A stretch of 63,098 bases of DNA, filler included, from Saprolegnia diclina VS20 (Eukaryota): NCBI RefSeq assembly GCF_000281045.1. It is 5 parts of 4 records of this genome, joined end to end, with 100 filler letters (N's around TTAATTAATTAA, not from the genome) between each part and the next. Parts side by side here need not be neighbours in the genome. Positions count along the whole stretch, not along the records: positions 29,570 to 53,433 come from NW_008246224.1; positions 53,534 to 59,234 come from NW_008246225.1; 3 more parts are not named here. One strand, given 5' to 3'. Of the stretch, positions 46,969 to 58,959 are shown in pieces (position 1 is the first letter of the stretch; each line of letters begins with the position of its first letter). The notes beneath the pieces are model-generated. The model was not told the DNA's origin. It was given only the letters and a program-made list of their open reading frames with translations, and did not search any database. The translations under genes and the position numbers were made by a program.

Positions 46969-48589
46969 ATCAAGAAGCCACGTTTCTCAACGACATTGCA
47001 GATTTTGACGCGTTCAACAAGATGCTGGCGACGGTCAAGAGCGAGGACTCGGAGGCCACCGTGCCCAGTGACCGCGACGGTATTTTCGAGCTCATTCGCG
47101 CCGAGACCTCCTTTGTGGCGGTCGACCGGCTCATTTTTTCGACCTTGTCGTCGTGGATCCGGACGACGCTCGAGGCATCGATCGCAGCGACGTCGTCGCT
47201 CGTCGAGAAGGCCAAGCGGTGGCGGCAGCTCGGTCTTATTGCCGACAACCTGAACGAGTACGTCACGAGCGAGCGCTGCTTCCGGGAAGCGCGAGCATTG
47301 TACGACCACGTCGAGGGGCCACTGGACGCGGAAACGCTCATGCTGCAGTCGCTTGTCGCGTTTGCAATGGCGCACCAGGGCAAGCCCCAGTCCGAGTGGG
47401 AGCCGCTCTTCCGCGATACACTCGCTCTCGCCACCGAGCACCTCGGCGAGACGCACCCGTCTACGCTGGCCACGCGCAGTAACTTGGTCAAGTCACTGGG
47501 TCAGTTTGGCGACTTTGTGGCGGCATTGCCGCTGGCACTCGACGACTTTGAACGACGGCGGTCGCTGCATGGTCTCTACGATTACCGAACGGCCAACATC
47601 CTCTCGGAGATTGGCAAGATCTACGTTCATCTCGCCGAGCCCCGAATGGCCATGCGCTGGCTCCGCAAGGCGTTCAGCATTCGCGAAGCTCTCTTGGGGC
47701 ACGAGCACGCATCGACGATGGCTACGCTCTCTCTCCTCGTTGTCGCGCTCATGTACATGGGGGCTGCCGTCGAAGCCGCAGCGCTGGCCAAGGACGTCGC
47801 CGCGTCCAGAGCTCGAACGCTTGGGGCCGAGCATCCAAACACCTTGGAATCGCGCTTGAACGAGGCCGCTTGCATGCTCATGACGGGGGACGCCGAGGCA
47901 GCAACGTCGGCGCTACTGTCGCTGCAGACATTGTATGAAGCGCGACACGACCTCGCTCCGTGGCTCCCGATTGGTACGACAACCATTTCCTTTTGGTCTA
48001 GGACACTAAGTCCATTCTTGTAGTCTACCACGATTTGGGCATTGCGTACGCGATGCTCGGCAAGACGGATCTGGCACGCGCGTATTACATCCGCAACTTT
48101 CAAAACGTACCGACCAAGTTCCATGCATGGTTGTTCTTTGACACCGTCCTTCGCTTCGCACCTGCGTCGGTGGCCGAGGACCTCGCCCTCGTCCGCGATT
48201 TTGTCGAGTCGACTGCCGATGACGCGCCCGAGTCGTGGCTCGAGAGCTGCGTGGTCTGCTACCGGCCGATTCTTGGTAGCACCGTTGCGTGTGCAGCCTG
48301 TCCGCATGACATTTACAAGTTTTGCACGCGGTGTCGGGACCAGCGGCCATCCCGACTGCGTCGATTTTGCCGGCACGACCCGCAAGCGACAAGCTGGCGA
48401 ACCACGGTGCCGCCGCGTCGGTTTTTCTACGAAGCGGCGCTACGTTCAACGGCGAATGCCAACTATGACGATATTGAGCTGCTCTTCGCCGCCTACGAGA
48501 CGTACTGCGGTACGCACAAGGTGCCCGCAAACGAACGCCTCGCACGGGCGTCGATTCCGAGTTTGAACCTTGGATGGCACCCCATGTAG
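46969..48589 (+). CDS. TPR (kinesin-light-chain type) protein with C-terminal Cys-rich zinc finger; 5' end in gap
   Basis: 42-aa type repeats (LGETHPSTL, LGHEHASTM, LGAEHPNTL), one intron at ~47974-48023, and CVVC..CAAC..CTRC..CRH. Confidence 0.82.
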
Positions 48590-49369
48590 TCCAATAACGT
48601 ATATGTATATGGCAAGCGTTTGTGAGCTGGAGGAAGTGACGACATGGACTGCTGTGTATGATGACATCGGCGTGTCAATCCTGGACGAGGCCAAGGGGCG
48701 CTAATGCGTCCCTTTCTTCTACGAGCAAAGGACTGCAATGTGAAACGAGCCGCAGAATGCGACGCGGGGCGGACAACGACACTGAGACCCACTAAAACAA
48801 AGTATGGCGAGTCCCGTACTGCCTTAATCGAGTTTGCTCGTAAAGTAAGACGTAGATCAGGCAACAAGGCAACGCGGCCCATTGGACGTGAGGCAGGTCC
48901 CACACTGCGGGCTCAAGGAGGCCATCCGGATCCGAATAAAGATTCGCGACCATCACCATCACCAGCCAATCATTCTCCACTTTGGTCACGATGGGACTTA
49001 TTCGCGCGCTATTTCGACACGCCCGTCACTTGTGGATACAGAGCGCATGAACAACTACCACCAATCACTGCAGTCGCTCCAAGGAGACGCTACCATCGAG
49101 GCCAAACCACAACTGTCATTTTGCAGTAAACGGTCTACACACCGTTGCATCCACATATTTCGTTGCATTTTGATTTCCCTCCTCAAAACCTCATTTGATA
49201 GAGACAAGAACTATATTCGTCCAGCGCCCACGACACTGTACAGCAACAATCGCCCGTTTTGCTACCAATGTTGCACCGACCAACATGCAAGGCGTATATG
49301 GCAGGCCTTGTTACGTTGATGACTAGCTAAAGCATCGCGTGCCAGCCGCGGTTCAGCGTCAAAACCAAC

Positions 49370-49745
49370 GTCCGAAGCCGGCGCTCCTGGATCGGAACTT
49401 GTACGTCTCGCAGTAGGACTCGTACGCACCAAAGCGCTCGTCAACGTCGGCGTACGGTGTAGAGTCCGTCGTGAGGTTCGCAAAAGAAGCGACGCGGCGG
49501 TCCTCGTCCATCTTGTCTCGATCGGGTCGCGGCGGCAAAACCGCATCAACGACAATTTGTACAAAACTTGAAGACATCCCGAGGACACGCTTCGCATGCG
49601 ACGAGGCACGTGGGACCGGAACCCGTCGACCAGGAGCTCAAAGATACCGAAAAGCAAGTGTCGATCGGCGACTTGTCCGCGCTGGTGTCTCGACGGTGAT
49701 GTCCTCGTATCCGGGTTGGTCGCCGCCGCTAGAACAGGCATGCAC
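49370..49745 (-). pseudogene. Inverted decayed copy of the TPR gene's zinc-finger tail
   Basis: VACEACPRDVFKFCTNCR, PPRRFF and YADVDERFGAYESYCETYK parallel VACAACPHDIYKFCTRCR, PPRRFF and YDDIELLFAAYETYCGTHK; contains stops and frameshifts. Confidence 0.8.
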
Positions 49746-49900
49746 TGCAGTCAAGGAGATCGAGACGCAGGTCGAAAAAGAGAAAAGGTGATCAAGACGC
49801 AGACTACGACCTTGAGTCGAAAAAGGGAAAAGCCACAATGCATTCTTGAGGCAGTTTCTTATACAATCACATTGGTAGTAAAACGTAGGACACATGGCGG

Positions 49901-51313
49901 TTAGGGCTTGCCGTAGTACGTTGTGTTGAGGTACACCATTTTTTGGAACTCGGCCGGGCAGTACGGGAAGAGGATCGTCGGGTCCGCGATCGTCGGCGCA
50001 AACAGCTTCTTGCCCGTGCTGATCGAGACGTAAATCGCCAGCGCCGACGTAAAGATGATGACAAAGATGCTCCAGCTCTTCTCGAGGAGACCCATGTCCT
50101 TGTAGAAGACCTTGAGGTGGAACCACACCGGGAGGATCATGCAGCCAAGCGCGGCCGACGACGCACCGACAAAGTCAAGCAAATCCAAAAAGTGGTTTTG
50201 CCACACGATCGCAATGATCGTACTGATCGTGATCTGGACGAGACGCATCGTGCACGCCTTGAGGTAGTCGCGCGACGATGCGTACACTGCAACGGGCGCG
50301 TCGACCTTGGATACAACCGCAGACGTCGTCGTCTCCTCCTTGGGCGTCTCGTTCTCGATGTACGCCGGCGCCTCACCCGTCTCGAGGGTAAAGTTTTGCT
50401 TGTGGAAGCCAAAGAGGACGCGCTCAAAAATGTAAAATGTCGGGAAGAGATCGATCGCAAAGACGACGCTGATGTGCAAATGCATCATGAGGAACGCAAT
50501 CACAATGGCGCCGCGGGGGGCGACAAACCCGAGCTTCGTGCCCGCAATTGAGAAGAGGAGGTTGCCCGGAATCTGGCACCCGACGTTGTGGTCGCCGATG
50601 AGCGACACCATAAAGAAGAGCACCGTGCACGCACTGAGCGTGAGAAGAATCACGCGCGGCATGCGCTCCGGTTGCGTATGTTCGCGCTGAAGGGCCGGGA
50701 CAAGGACGCCGGCCGCGTACCCGAGCGAGAGGTTGCCAAAGACGGACGTGACGCCGTCAAACGAGAGGGCCGGCGTGGGCGCTGAGAGGCCTTCGGGAAT
50801 GTCCGACATGTTGTCGAGGAGCACGTAGAGCGCAACGGCGTCGGCAATGATCGTACCGAGCGCGCCGGCCGTCGCCGCACCGGCACTTTCCTTGAGCGAT
50901 GGCATCATACAGATCGGGACGAGGCTGAGCGCCATGAGAATGATCCAAACGGTCGTTGTAAACGTATCGGGAAAGAGCACTTGAAGGAGCGAGCCGCCGA
51001 GGACAAGGAAGGCAATCGGGTTCAAGCAGCACACGAGAAGCTGGGAAAGCGTCGTGATGAAGCGGCCAAAGCGACCGTCGACCCACTCGCCAATGTCGCC
51101 GTACGTCTTGACATACTTGGGCGCGGCCAGCATGACCTTGGAGAGCGCGACGGTTGCGTAGAGGTTGATGGCCGCCATGAGCACGAGGGCACCGGTGGCC
51201 CAGTAGTAGCCGGCGCGGGCATAGTTGGCCGGCATGCCGAGGGTCCCAACGCCGTACACGACGCAGAACAAGTTGAATGAGATCTTGATATCCTCGAGAG
51301 TCAAGAACGCCAT
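49901..51313 (-). CDS. Amino acid/auxin permease (AAAP, Aa_trans) transporter
   Basis: MAFLTLEDIKISFNLFCVVYGVGTLGMPANYARAG, about 11 hydrophobic helices, and LLDFVGAS; intronless. Confidence 0.92.
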   Translation of the reverse strand: MAFLTLEDIKISFNLFCVVYGVGTLGMPANYARAGYYWATGALVLMAAINLYATVALSKVMLAAPKYVKTYGDIGEWVDGRFGRFITTLSQLLVCCLNPIAFLVLGGSLLQVLFPDTFTTTVWIILMALSLVPICMMPSLKESAGAATAGALGTIIADAVALYVLLDNMSDIPEGLSAPTPALSFDGVTSVFGNLSLGYAAGVLVPALQREHTQPERMPRVILLTLSACTVLFFMVSLIGDHNVGCQIPGNLLFSIAGTKLGFVAPRGAIVIAFLMMHLHISVVFAIDLFPTFYIFERVLFGFHKQNFTLETGEAPAYIENETPKEETTTSAVVSKVDAPVAVYASSRDYLKACTMRLVQITISTIIAIVWQNHFLDLLDFVGASSAALGCMILPVWFHLKVFYKDMGLLEKSWSIFVIIFTSALAIYVSISTGKKLFAPTIADPTILFPYCPAEFQKMVYLNTTYYGKP

Positions 51314-53533
51314 GGCGAGTGTGGTGCAGACAAGCGAAAAATAAAAGTGAGACTGCAAGCCGTGGGTCGCGTGACGTGGTTGAAGTGACCATCCGCACAC
51401 TGTTGCACTTGGTTTGATGGGACAGCGAATTGAAGCACAATCCTTGCCGCAATGACCGTGCACCCTTGCAGTCGAGTTGAAAACGAGATTTGTCACTGAA
51501 GCGCCTGTCGGGTGACAAAGAGAAATGCGCGCGTCTCATTGGCCATCCTCCCTTCCACGAGCGCGAACCCAGTTGACGGATCCCCAAAGTGAGATAGTTC
51601 AGCCGTTACATGTCCACAGAAACCCACATATTTTTCGATTGCATGGATACTTATCCATGATGAGCCACAAAGGAGCCACGTTTATGGACAGGATGTCGAT
51701 TCGGCGGCTTATGCCGGCAAAGGTGCCGTTCACCTTTTAAACACATGTTGGGTACAAATGGCGCGCCACGGCGGCCGCTGTGCACATACTGTTGCCCTTT
51801 GAATGGATGGTAAATCGGTCCAATGACTTGACCACATTCGCCGAGACGACTTGTTTGGGTAGATGCGTGGATGGCATCCTATTCGTGGGTAGCATTGCGT
51901 CAACTTGAAGATAACATTGCCGTTGGCCACCTGCAACCTAGGTACTGGCCAAGTACACCGCGACCCAATATGGTAGTCGGTCGTTTACAAACCTGCATCG
52001 ATCAATGCGCGGCTTGTGAGTCGTGACTTCGGGAACGTTCTGCAGCCAAACTAGCTGGAGGTGCAGATATCTTTTGGCAAAATGCCATTAGATTGGGAAT
52101 GTCTAGTTATATGGCACAGGCGTATAAAGAAAGAGAGGGAAAAGATCGTGGAATTCATTTTATTACATTTTTTTTCCAAATCGTGCAAGGCGACTGGGTC
52201 ATGGCCGTGATGACGACGCTTAGGTGGCACCTGACTGTCGTGTTTCATTGGCAGGGAGTCTTATGGCTCAACCAATCAGAAGACAGAGCTGACCAATCAG
52301 AAGGCAGCATTAAGGAAACGGCAACGCATCTGATTGGACAAGATGCTGGGAGGCTGCTGGACGGGATATCCGGCAGGCTGTTGGACTCATCCGGACATGC
52401 TGTTGGAGTCGAGCCCCCTGCCGGATGACAGCATCTTGCACCTGGCAGTCAAAAGGTAATTGTGTGGTTGAGGATCACGCGAGCCACGGTGCCTTCCACG
52501 GCGCCGTGTCCAGAGTGACGCTGCGTCAAGAAGGGCAGCGGCAGCCGTACCATGGCGCCGTCGTGTGTGTTGTTACTGGTATGTAGTGTCAAGTACTGTC
52601 ATCTTTTCATCCTCTTGGCGCGCTTTTGGAACGAGTACGAGCAGCACAGTGGTAGAAGCAGCACCGAAGGCTCTCCCTATTGGAGCCTTCTGCGCTCTGG
52701 TGTATATGGCTACCTCGCGAGCCCTGTAGGCGCACGTCAACAGGTCATACCGCGCGCGGCCTCACCGGCACAGTGCTCTGGGTCGTTCGCGCAGTCCAGC
52801 GCTCGCACGAAGACCCTACGATCGCGTTTCGCGGTTGGCACGTTCTCGAAATCGACCACTAGTGCTTCAAGCTGCGGCTGCGATAACGCACAAATTCACG
52901 ACTTGTTGATTAAGGGTCTCGCCTTAATTGCACGCTATGCGCTTGCGCTTCAGAGGCACCTACGCAGGCTCGGCAAAGGGTTCGCCTTGGCCATGACGTG
53001 ATGGGACCAACAGCCATCAGCGTGTCCAAGGACGTTTCGACGGCAGTCGCTGTCGCGTGCACCCCGCTCAGGCTGCGCTGGCCTCCGTAGTCGGTAGTCG
53101 CGTGCTCCGGTGGTGTCTACGGACGCGATAGCGCGTGACATCTTGGCAGCGTCGCGCGGCGGCGCGTCCTTCCTTGGATGCACGTGGCGCAGCGTCATTG
53201 ATGGCACGGACAGACCGGACGGTCGTACGTCCTCGGTAGCGTACACAAGCGCTAGGAGCTTGGCTGCACTGGCAGGAAGGTGGTCAAGCGTGGCGGACGC
53301 ACTCTTGAGCCTAGGTCGCGCCGGCAGCGACAGTTGCGGCGATCGCAGCGAGAGGCCATGGCCTTGCGTCCTGCGTCGCACGGCGTGGCGTCGGAGCTTC
53401 GGGTGCGCGGGGCGGAGGATACCCGGTGAGGTGNNNNNNNNNNNNNNNNNNNNNNNNNNNNNNNNNNNNNNNNNNNNTTAATTAATTAANNNNNNNNNNN
53501 NNNNNNNNNNNNNNNNNNNNNNNNNNNNNNNNN

Positions 53534-53694
53534 GCCTTTTGTAGCAGCTGGGCGTTGGTCGTGTCAGCGTCGAGCTGATTGAGCTGTGAGAGCATGCTCT
53601 TGAGGACCTTTTCGGTGCGGGCCTTGACGCATTCGTCCGAGTATTTGAGGTGGAGGTGGCGGCGACTGCTGGCTGCGAGTGTGCGAGACGCCAT
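53534..53694 (-). CDS. Small protein type A, copy 1 (3' end in gap)
   Basis: MASRTLAASSRRHLHLKYSDECVKARTEKVLKSMLSQLNQLDADTTNAQLLQK. Confidence 0.65.
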
Positions 53695-54470
53695 CGTTGA
53701 TGCTTGTGGTTTGCGGCAAATTGGAAAATGAAGATCTGGTAGGGGCACCAGCTCAATGATTCGTACGGCAGGGCAGCGAGAAATCCAACCGAAAAGATCG
53801 TGCTGTCGCAGGCCGTTTCCATCGTAACGCAGTATAAACACGCACGGCGGGACGACGCAAATGGAATCTGGCCAATCACAAGCGTCGCTTTACCATCAAC
53901 GACCAATCAGGAACGGCCAATGGGATCTTTTTCGATCGTGTCGTCCCAAACATTGTCGCGTGCCCCTCATCAAGGTATCGCATGATTTGTACAACGCATC
54001 GGCGGCTAAAACTACTTGCTCACGTAAGCAAGACCGTGCAAAAGTCGCTGCTGCCTGCATGTACTGCACAGAGAGACTGTGGCGATATCAATCTCTGAAA
54101 ACCACAGTGATATTCGAGGAATGGTGATATATCGACTGCCTTCCTATCCACCAGCACTATAACCAAAGCGTTGGAGTGCTAGAGAGATTGATGTCGAATG
54201 CGGTGGTACTGCAGTAGCATTATCATGCTGAACCAGAGCTTTCAAGCAATCGCATTCAAATTCCAGCTGCCGATTTTCACACCCCAGAAAATGCGAATAT
54301 ATGAAACGTCACGCCCGAGACGACATCTCGTCGTACTGGCAACAACGAAAATACGAATCCAATCAAACCCAGGATTGCACAGACACGCGCCACCACGCAT
54401 CCGTTGGGCTGCTCCGAGAAGGCAACTCATTTTGTGCTTTGCCCACACACGCAAAACCAGCGCTGTGACC

Positions 54471-54629
54471 ATGTCGTCGACAAGAAGAGCAACCCATCGT
54501 CGTCAACTGTGCTTGGCGTACTCCGACGAAGACGTCAAGACCCGCACTGAGAAGGTTCTGCAAGGCATGCTCTCGCAACTCCACGAGCTCGACGCCAATA
54601 CGACCAACGCCCAGCTGCTACAAAAGGCG
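54471..54629 (+). CDS. Small protein type B, copy 1 (paralog of A; 3' end in gap)
   Basis: MSSTRRATHRRQLCLAYSDEDVKTRTEKVLQGMLSQLHELDANTTNAQLLQKA. Confidence 0.6.
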
Positions 54630-54946
54630 NNNNNNNNNNNNNNNNNNNNNNNNNNNNNNNNNNNNNNNNNNNNNNNNNNNNNNNNNNNNNNNNNNNNNNN
54701 NNNNNNNNNNNNNNNNNNNNNNNNNNNNNTGCGGCTGGAAACTCAGAGGGATTCGGTGGGATTACGTCCATATCAACGCCCATTGGCATAACTTGTGCGG
54801 TGAGCATCTTGGCCAACATCCAAGGTGCATGGAAGAGACTTGTCGCCGACGATCATCACTGATGTGTTCACTGGCACTCGATCGTTTTCGAGCGCACACA
54901 ACCAGCATAGTACCAGGATTTGGTGGGTCGTGTCCGCTCCGACGGC

Positions 54947-55283
54947 TTAGAATTTGGCACGATAGGACTGCAGCTAGAGGTTGCGATTGCATAAATTAGA
55001 ATATTTTACTATCAGCGAGCTAGGCTTTTGTGGCCACCTTGTGCCACGAGATGCCAAAGCGAGCGCCGATGTCACAGCCGTCGTTGGTTTGCAGCTCGCG
55101 TGTTCGGTTGCGGTAGCGCAGTGCCTTTTGTAGCAGCTGGGCGTTGGTCGTGTCAGCGTCGAGCTGATTGAGCTGTGAGAGCATGCTCTTAAGGACCTTC
55201 TCGGTGCGGGCCTTGACGCATTCGTCCGAGTATTTGAGGTGGAGGTGGCGGCGACTGCTGGTTGCGAGTGTGCGAGACGCCAT
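54947..55283 (-). CDS. Small protein type A, copy 2: predicted 90-aa basic protein ending in an HTH-like motif
   Basis: Exon 55283-55038, a predicted 64-nt intron 55037-54974 (GT...CTAAT...TAG), and exon LQSYRAKF*, giving CDIGARFGISWHKLQSYRAKF. Unspliced, it would end VATKA* at 55020. Confidence 0.62.
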
Positions 55284-56365
55284 CGTTGATGTATGTGGCT
55301 TGTGGGAAACTGGAAAATGAAGATCTGGCAGGGGCACCGGCGCATTGATTCGTACGGCAGGGCAGCGAGAAATCCAACCGAAAAGATCGTGCTGTCGCAG
55401 GCCGTTTCCATCGTAACGCAGTATAAACACGCACGGCGGGACGACACGAATGGACTATGGCCAATCACAAGCGTCGCTTTACCATCATCGACCAATCACA
55501 AGCGACCAATGGGATCTTTTTCGATCGCGTCGTCCCAAGCGTTGTCGCGTGCCCCTCATGGAGGTGTCGCATGATTCGTACAACGCATCGGCGGCTAAAA
55601 ATACGTGCTCACGTTAGCCAGAAAGTCTCTGCTTGTGCAGAGATAATGTGGCGATATCAATCTCCAAAAGCCACAGTGATATTCGAGGATTGGGGCGATA
55701 TTACGGGCTTGCTGCCTTCCAAGCACGCGCGTCCATCCCAACACGACACTCCAAGTCAAGCGTTCGAGTGCAAGAGAGATTGATGTCGAGTGCGGCGGTA
55801 CTGCAGTAGCATTCTCGTTTTGAACCAGTGCTTTCAAGGCAATCGAGTCGCATTCGAATCCCAGCTGCTGATTTTCACCCCCCAGAAAAGACGTGGTACT
55901 TCCAGGCGCAGCAAGGAAGTCGATTTTTTACCGTCCGGATAGACGCGATGAGCCGACAGTAGGCTAGATAGTCATTTGCTTTTAGCCTTGTCGATCCTAA
56001 TCCGTCACGCCACTCCCAAATGGCTAGCGGTCAATCTATTGCCCCACTCGAGCAGCCACTCGAGCGTCGCACAAGGCGAAAAAATATGTGTAACGTCACG
56101 TGCGAGACGACGGTTCGTAGCATCTCGCTCTGGCCCAATCAAACCCGGGTTTGCACAGACACGCACCATAACGCATCCGTTGGGCTGCTCCGTGAGAGGC
56201 AACGCACCTGGTGCTACGACCATGTTTTGAGCCTGGTTTTGCGAGCGAGTCATCGTAAAACAATGCCGTTGGATCGGACTTCGTCATGGTGTTGTAATCA
56301 CAATCGAATAATCAGCATCTCTTGCGCGTTATCGATGTTTATGCCCCTCGCGAGCGTTTTTGAAA

Positions 56366-56444
56366 CTCAAATACAGCGTATGGGCTCCATACTCCGTATT
56401 TGAGCTCCATTTATGAATTGTTGACAATTCATAAATGGAGCTCA
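56366..56444. repeat. Two abutting hairpins; the second is a perfect 44-bp palindrome
   Basis: CTCAAATAC-N3-GTATGG-N3-CCATAC-N3-GTATTTGAG (56366-56404) and TGAGCTCCATTTATGAATTGT-TG-ACAATTCATAAATGGAGCTCA (56401-56444). Confidence 0.92.
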
Positions 56445-57176
56445 CGTTAGCCATGGACTGCGTGCCGCGAGGTGCTTGCTTCGATCGATTCCAATTGTAT
56501 GCAGTGCACCTTGGAGTGCCTGTGCCTCAATCACGCGGCGATACAACGTTGCTTCTGGGGAACGAACTCACCAACCAAAACAGCCACCGCAGTGTCGTAA
56601 TAGTGTCGTAATCCTTGTGCCATCCTTTCGGAAGATATATAATATCAATCCGTTACGAGCTAGGGTACACCAGCGTGCGAGAAATTTCCAACGGAGGAGC
56701 TATCAAGGAGGTGGCGCACTCAATTCGGCGAGTTGCTACATTGTAGCTCATACTAGATGCAGTGTACAGAAGGAGCAGCTCACACCCTGGAGAGCGAGCG
56801 CAAATACCTCTGCCTAAACACGACGCGAGTGTCTCGTTGAGCGGGTTACCTTTGAGAAGCATGATCCCATTGGCCTTTGAGCGCATTAGCATCGAGAAGC
56901 GTGATTCCATTGGCTCTCATTGCGTACTACAAGTTCGTGTATATACTGTGCCACGATATGCAAAGCCTTATTGTGGAGGCACAAAATCCCATTGGCCGAT
57001 CCGAATTGAGCGATGATGGGAAAAGAGACGCTTGTGATTGGTCATATTCATTTCGTGTCGTCCCGCCATCCGTGTTTATACTTCGTTGCGATGAAAACAA
57101 ACGGACTGCAACAGCATGATCTTTCCGGTTGGATTTCTCGCCGCCCAATCAATGAGCTGGTGCCCCTACCAGATCT

Positions 57177-57192
57177 TCATTTTCCAATTTGC
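57177..57192 (+). promoter_or_regulatory. Oomycete Inr+FPR core promoter of type A gene (also 53716-53731 and 58221-58236 on minus; variant at 55305-55320)
   Basis: TCATTTTCCAATTTGC fits the known oomycete TCATTYYNCAWTTT element and starts 37 nt before the ATG. Several CCAAT boxes lie further upstream. Confidence 0.75.
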
Positions 57193-57213
57193 CGCAAACC
57201 ACGTACATCAACG

Positions 57214-57330
57214 ATGGCGTCTCGCACACTCGCATCCAGCAGTCGCCGCCACCTCCACCTCAAATACTCGGACGAATGCGTCAAGGCCCGCACCGAAAAG
57301 GTCCTCAAGAGCATGCTCTCGCAGCTCAAT
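57214..57330 (+). CDS. Small protein type A, copy 3 (inverted; 3' end in gap)
   Basis: MASRTLASSSRRHLHLKYSDECVKARTEKVLKSMLSQLN. Confidence 0.65.
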
Positions 57331-58959
57331 NNNNNNNNNNNNNNNNNNNNNNNNNNNNNNNNNNNNNNNNNNNNNNNNNNNNNNNNNNNNNNNNNNNNNN
57401 NNNNNNNNNNNNNNNNNNNNNNNNNNNNNNNNNNNNNNNNNNNNNNNNNNNNNNNNNNNNNNNNNNNNNNNNNNNNNNNNNNNNNNNNNNNNNNNNNNNN
57501 NNNNNNNNNNNNNNNNNNNNNNNNNNNNNNNNNNNNNNNNNNNNNNNNNNNNNNNNNNNNNNNNNNNNNNNNNNNNNNNNNNNNNNNNNNNNNNNNNNNN
57601 NNNNNNNNNNNNNNNNNNNNNNNNNNNNNNNNNNNNNNNNNNNNNNNNNNNNNNNNNNNNNNNNNNNNNNNNNNNNNNNNNNNNNNNNNNNNNNNNNNNN
57701 NNNNNNNNNNNNNNNNNNNNNNNNNNNNNNNNNNNNNNNNNNNNNNNNNNNNNNNNNNNNNNNNNNNNNNNNNNNNNNNNNNNNNNNNNNNNNNNNNNNN
57801 NNNNNNNNNNNNNNNNNNNNNNNNNNNNNNNNNNNNNNNNNNNNNNNNNNNNNNNNNNNNNNNNNNNNNNNNNNNNNNNNNNNNNNNNNNNNNNNNNNNN
57901 NNNNNNNNNNNNNNNNNNNNNNNNNNNNNNNNNNNNNNNNNNNNNNNNNNNNNNNNNNNNNNNNNNNNNNNNNNNNNNNNNNNNNNNNNNNNNNNNNNNN
58001 NNNNNNNNNNNNNNNNNNNNNNNNNNNNNNNNNNNNNNNNNNNNNNNNNNNNNNNNNNNNNNNNNNNNNNNNNNNNNNNNNNNNNNNNNNNNNNNNNNNN
58101 NNNNNNNNNNNNNNNNNNNNNNNNNNNNNNNNNNNNNNNNNNNNNNNNNNNNNNNNNNNNNNNNNNNNNNNNNNNNNNNNNNNNNNNNNNNNNNGCCATC
58201 GTTGATGTACGTGGTTTGCGGCAAATTGGAAAATGAAGATTTGGTAGGGGCACCAGCTCATTGATTCGTACGGCAGGGCAGCGAGAAACCGCAGGCCGTT
58301 TCCATCGTAACGTAGTATAAACACGCACGGCGGGACGACGCAAATGGAATCTGGCCAATCACAAGCTCCACTTTACGATCAACGACCAATCAGGAACGGC
58401 CAAAGCGATCTTTTTCGATCGCGTCGTCCCAAGTGTTGTCGCGTGCCCCTCATCGACGTATCGCATGATTCGTACAACGCATCGGCGGCTAAAAATACGT
58501 GCTAACGTTAGCAAGACCGTGCAAAAGTCGCTGCTGCCTGCATGTACTGCACAGAGAGACTGTGGCAATCAATCTCCGAAAACCAAAGTGATATTCGAGG
58601 ATGGTGATTTATCGACTGCCTTCCAAGTATGTTTACCCTATCCACCAGCTCTATAGCCAAAGCGTTGGAGTGCTAGAGAGATTGATGTCGAGTGCGGTGG
58701 TACTGCAATAGCATTCTCGTTTTGAACCAGTGCTTTCAAGGCAATCGCATTTGAATTCCAGGTGCTGATTTTCACCCCCCAGAAAAGACGAAAACAAAAT
58801 ATATGTAACGCCACGTCCGAGAAACGACATCTCGTCGTACTGGCAACGGCGGGTACGAAAATACGAATCAAATCAAACAAGGGTTGCACAGACATGCGCC
58901 ACCACTCGCGCCACCATGCATCCGTTGGGCTGTGAGAGGCAACACACTTTGTGCGTGTG

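Noticed and set aside
52500..53433. GC-rich stretch with coding-like patches
   Set aside because: Stops in the plausible frames and no motif I can recognise; it may be a decayed gene or TE but this is unsupported.
53694..54471. Divergent CCAAT-rich gene pair as histone genes
   Set aside because: The layout is similar, but the products show no histone sequence motifs.
46140..58358. Long ORFs made mostly of X
   Set aside because: Artefacts of translating through N gaps.
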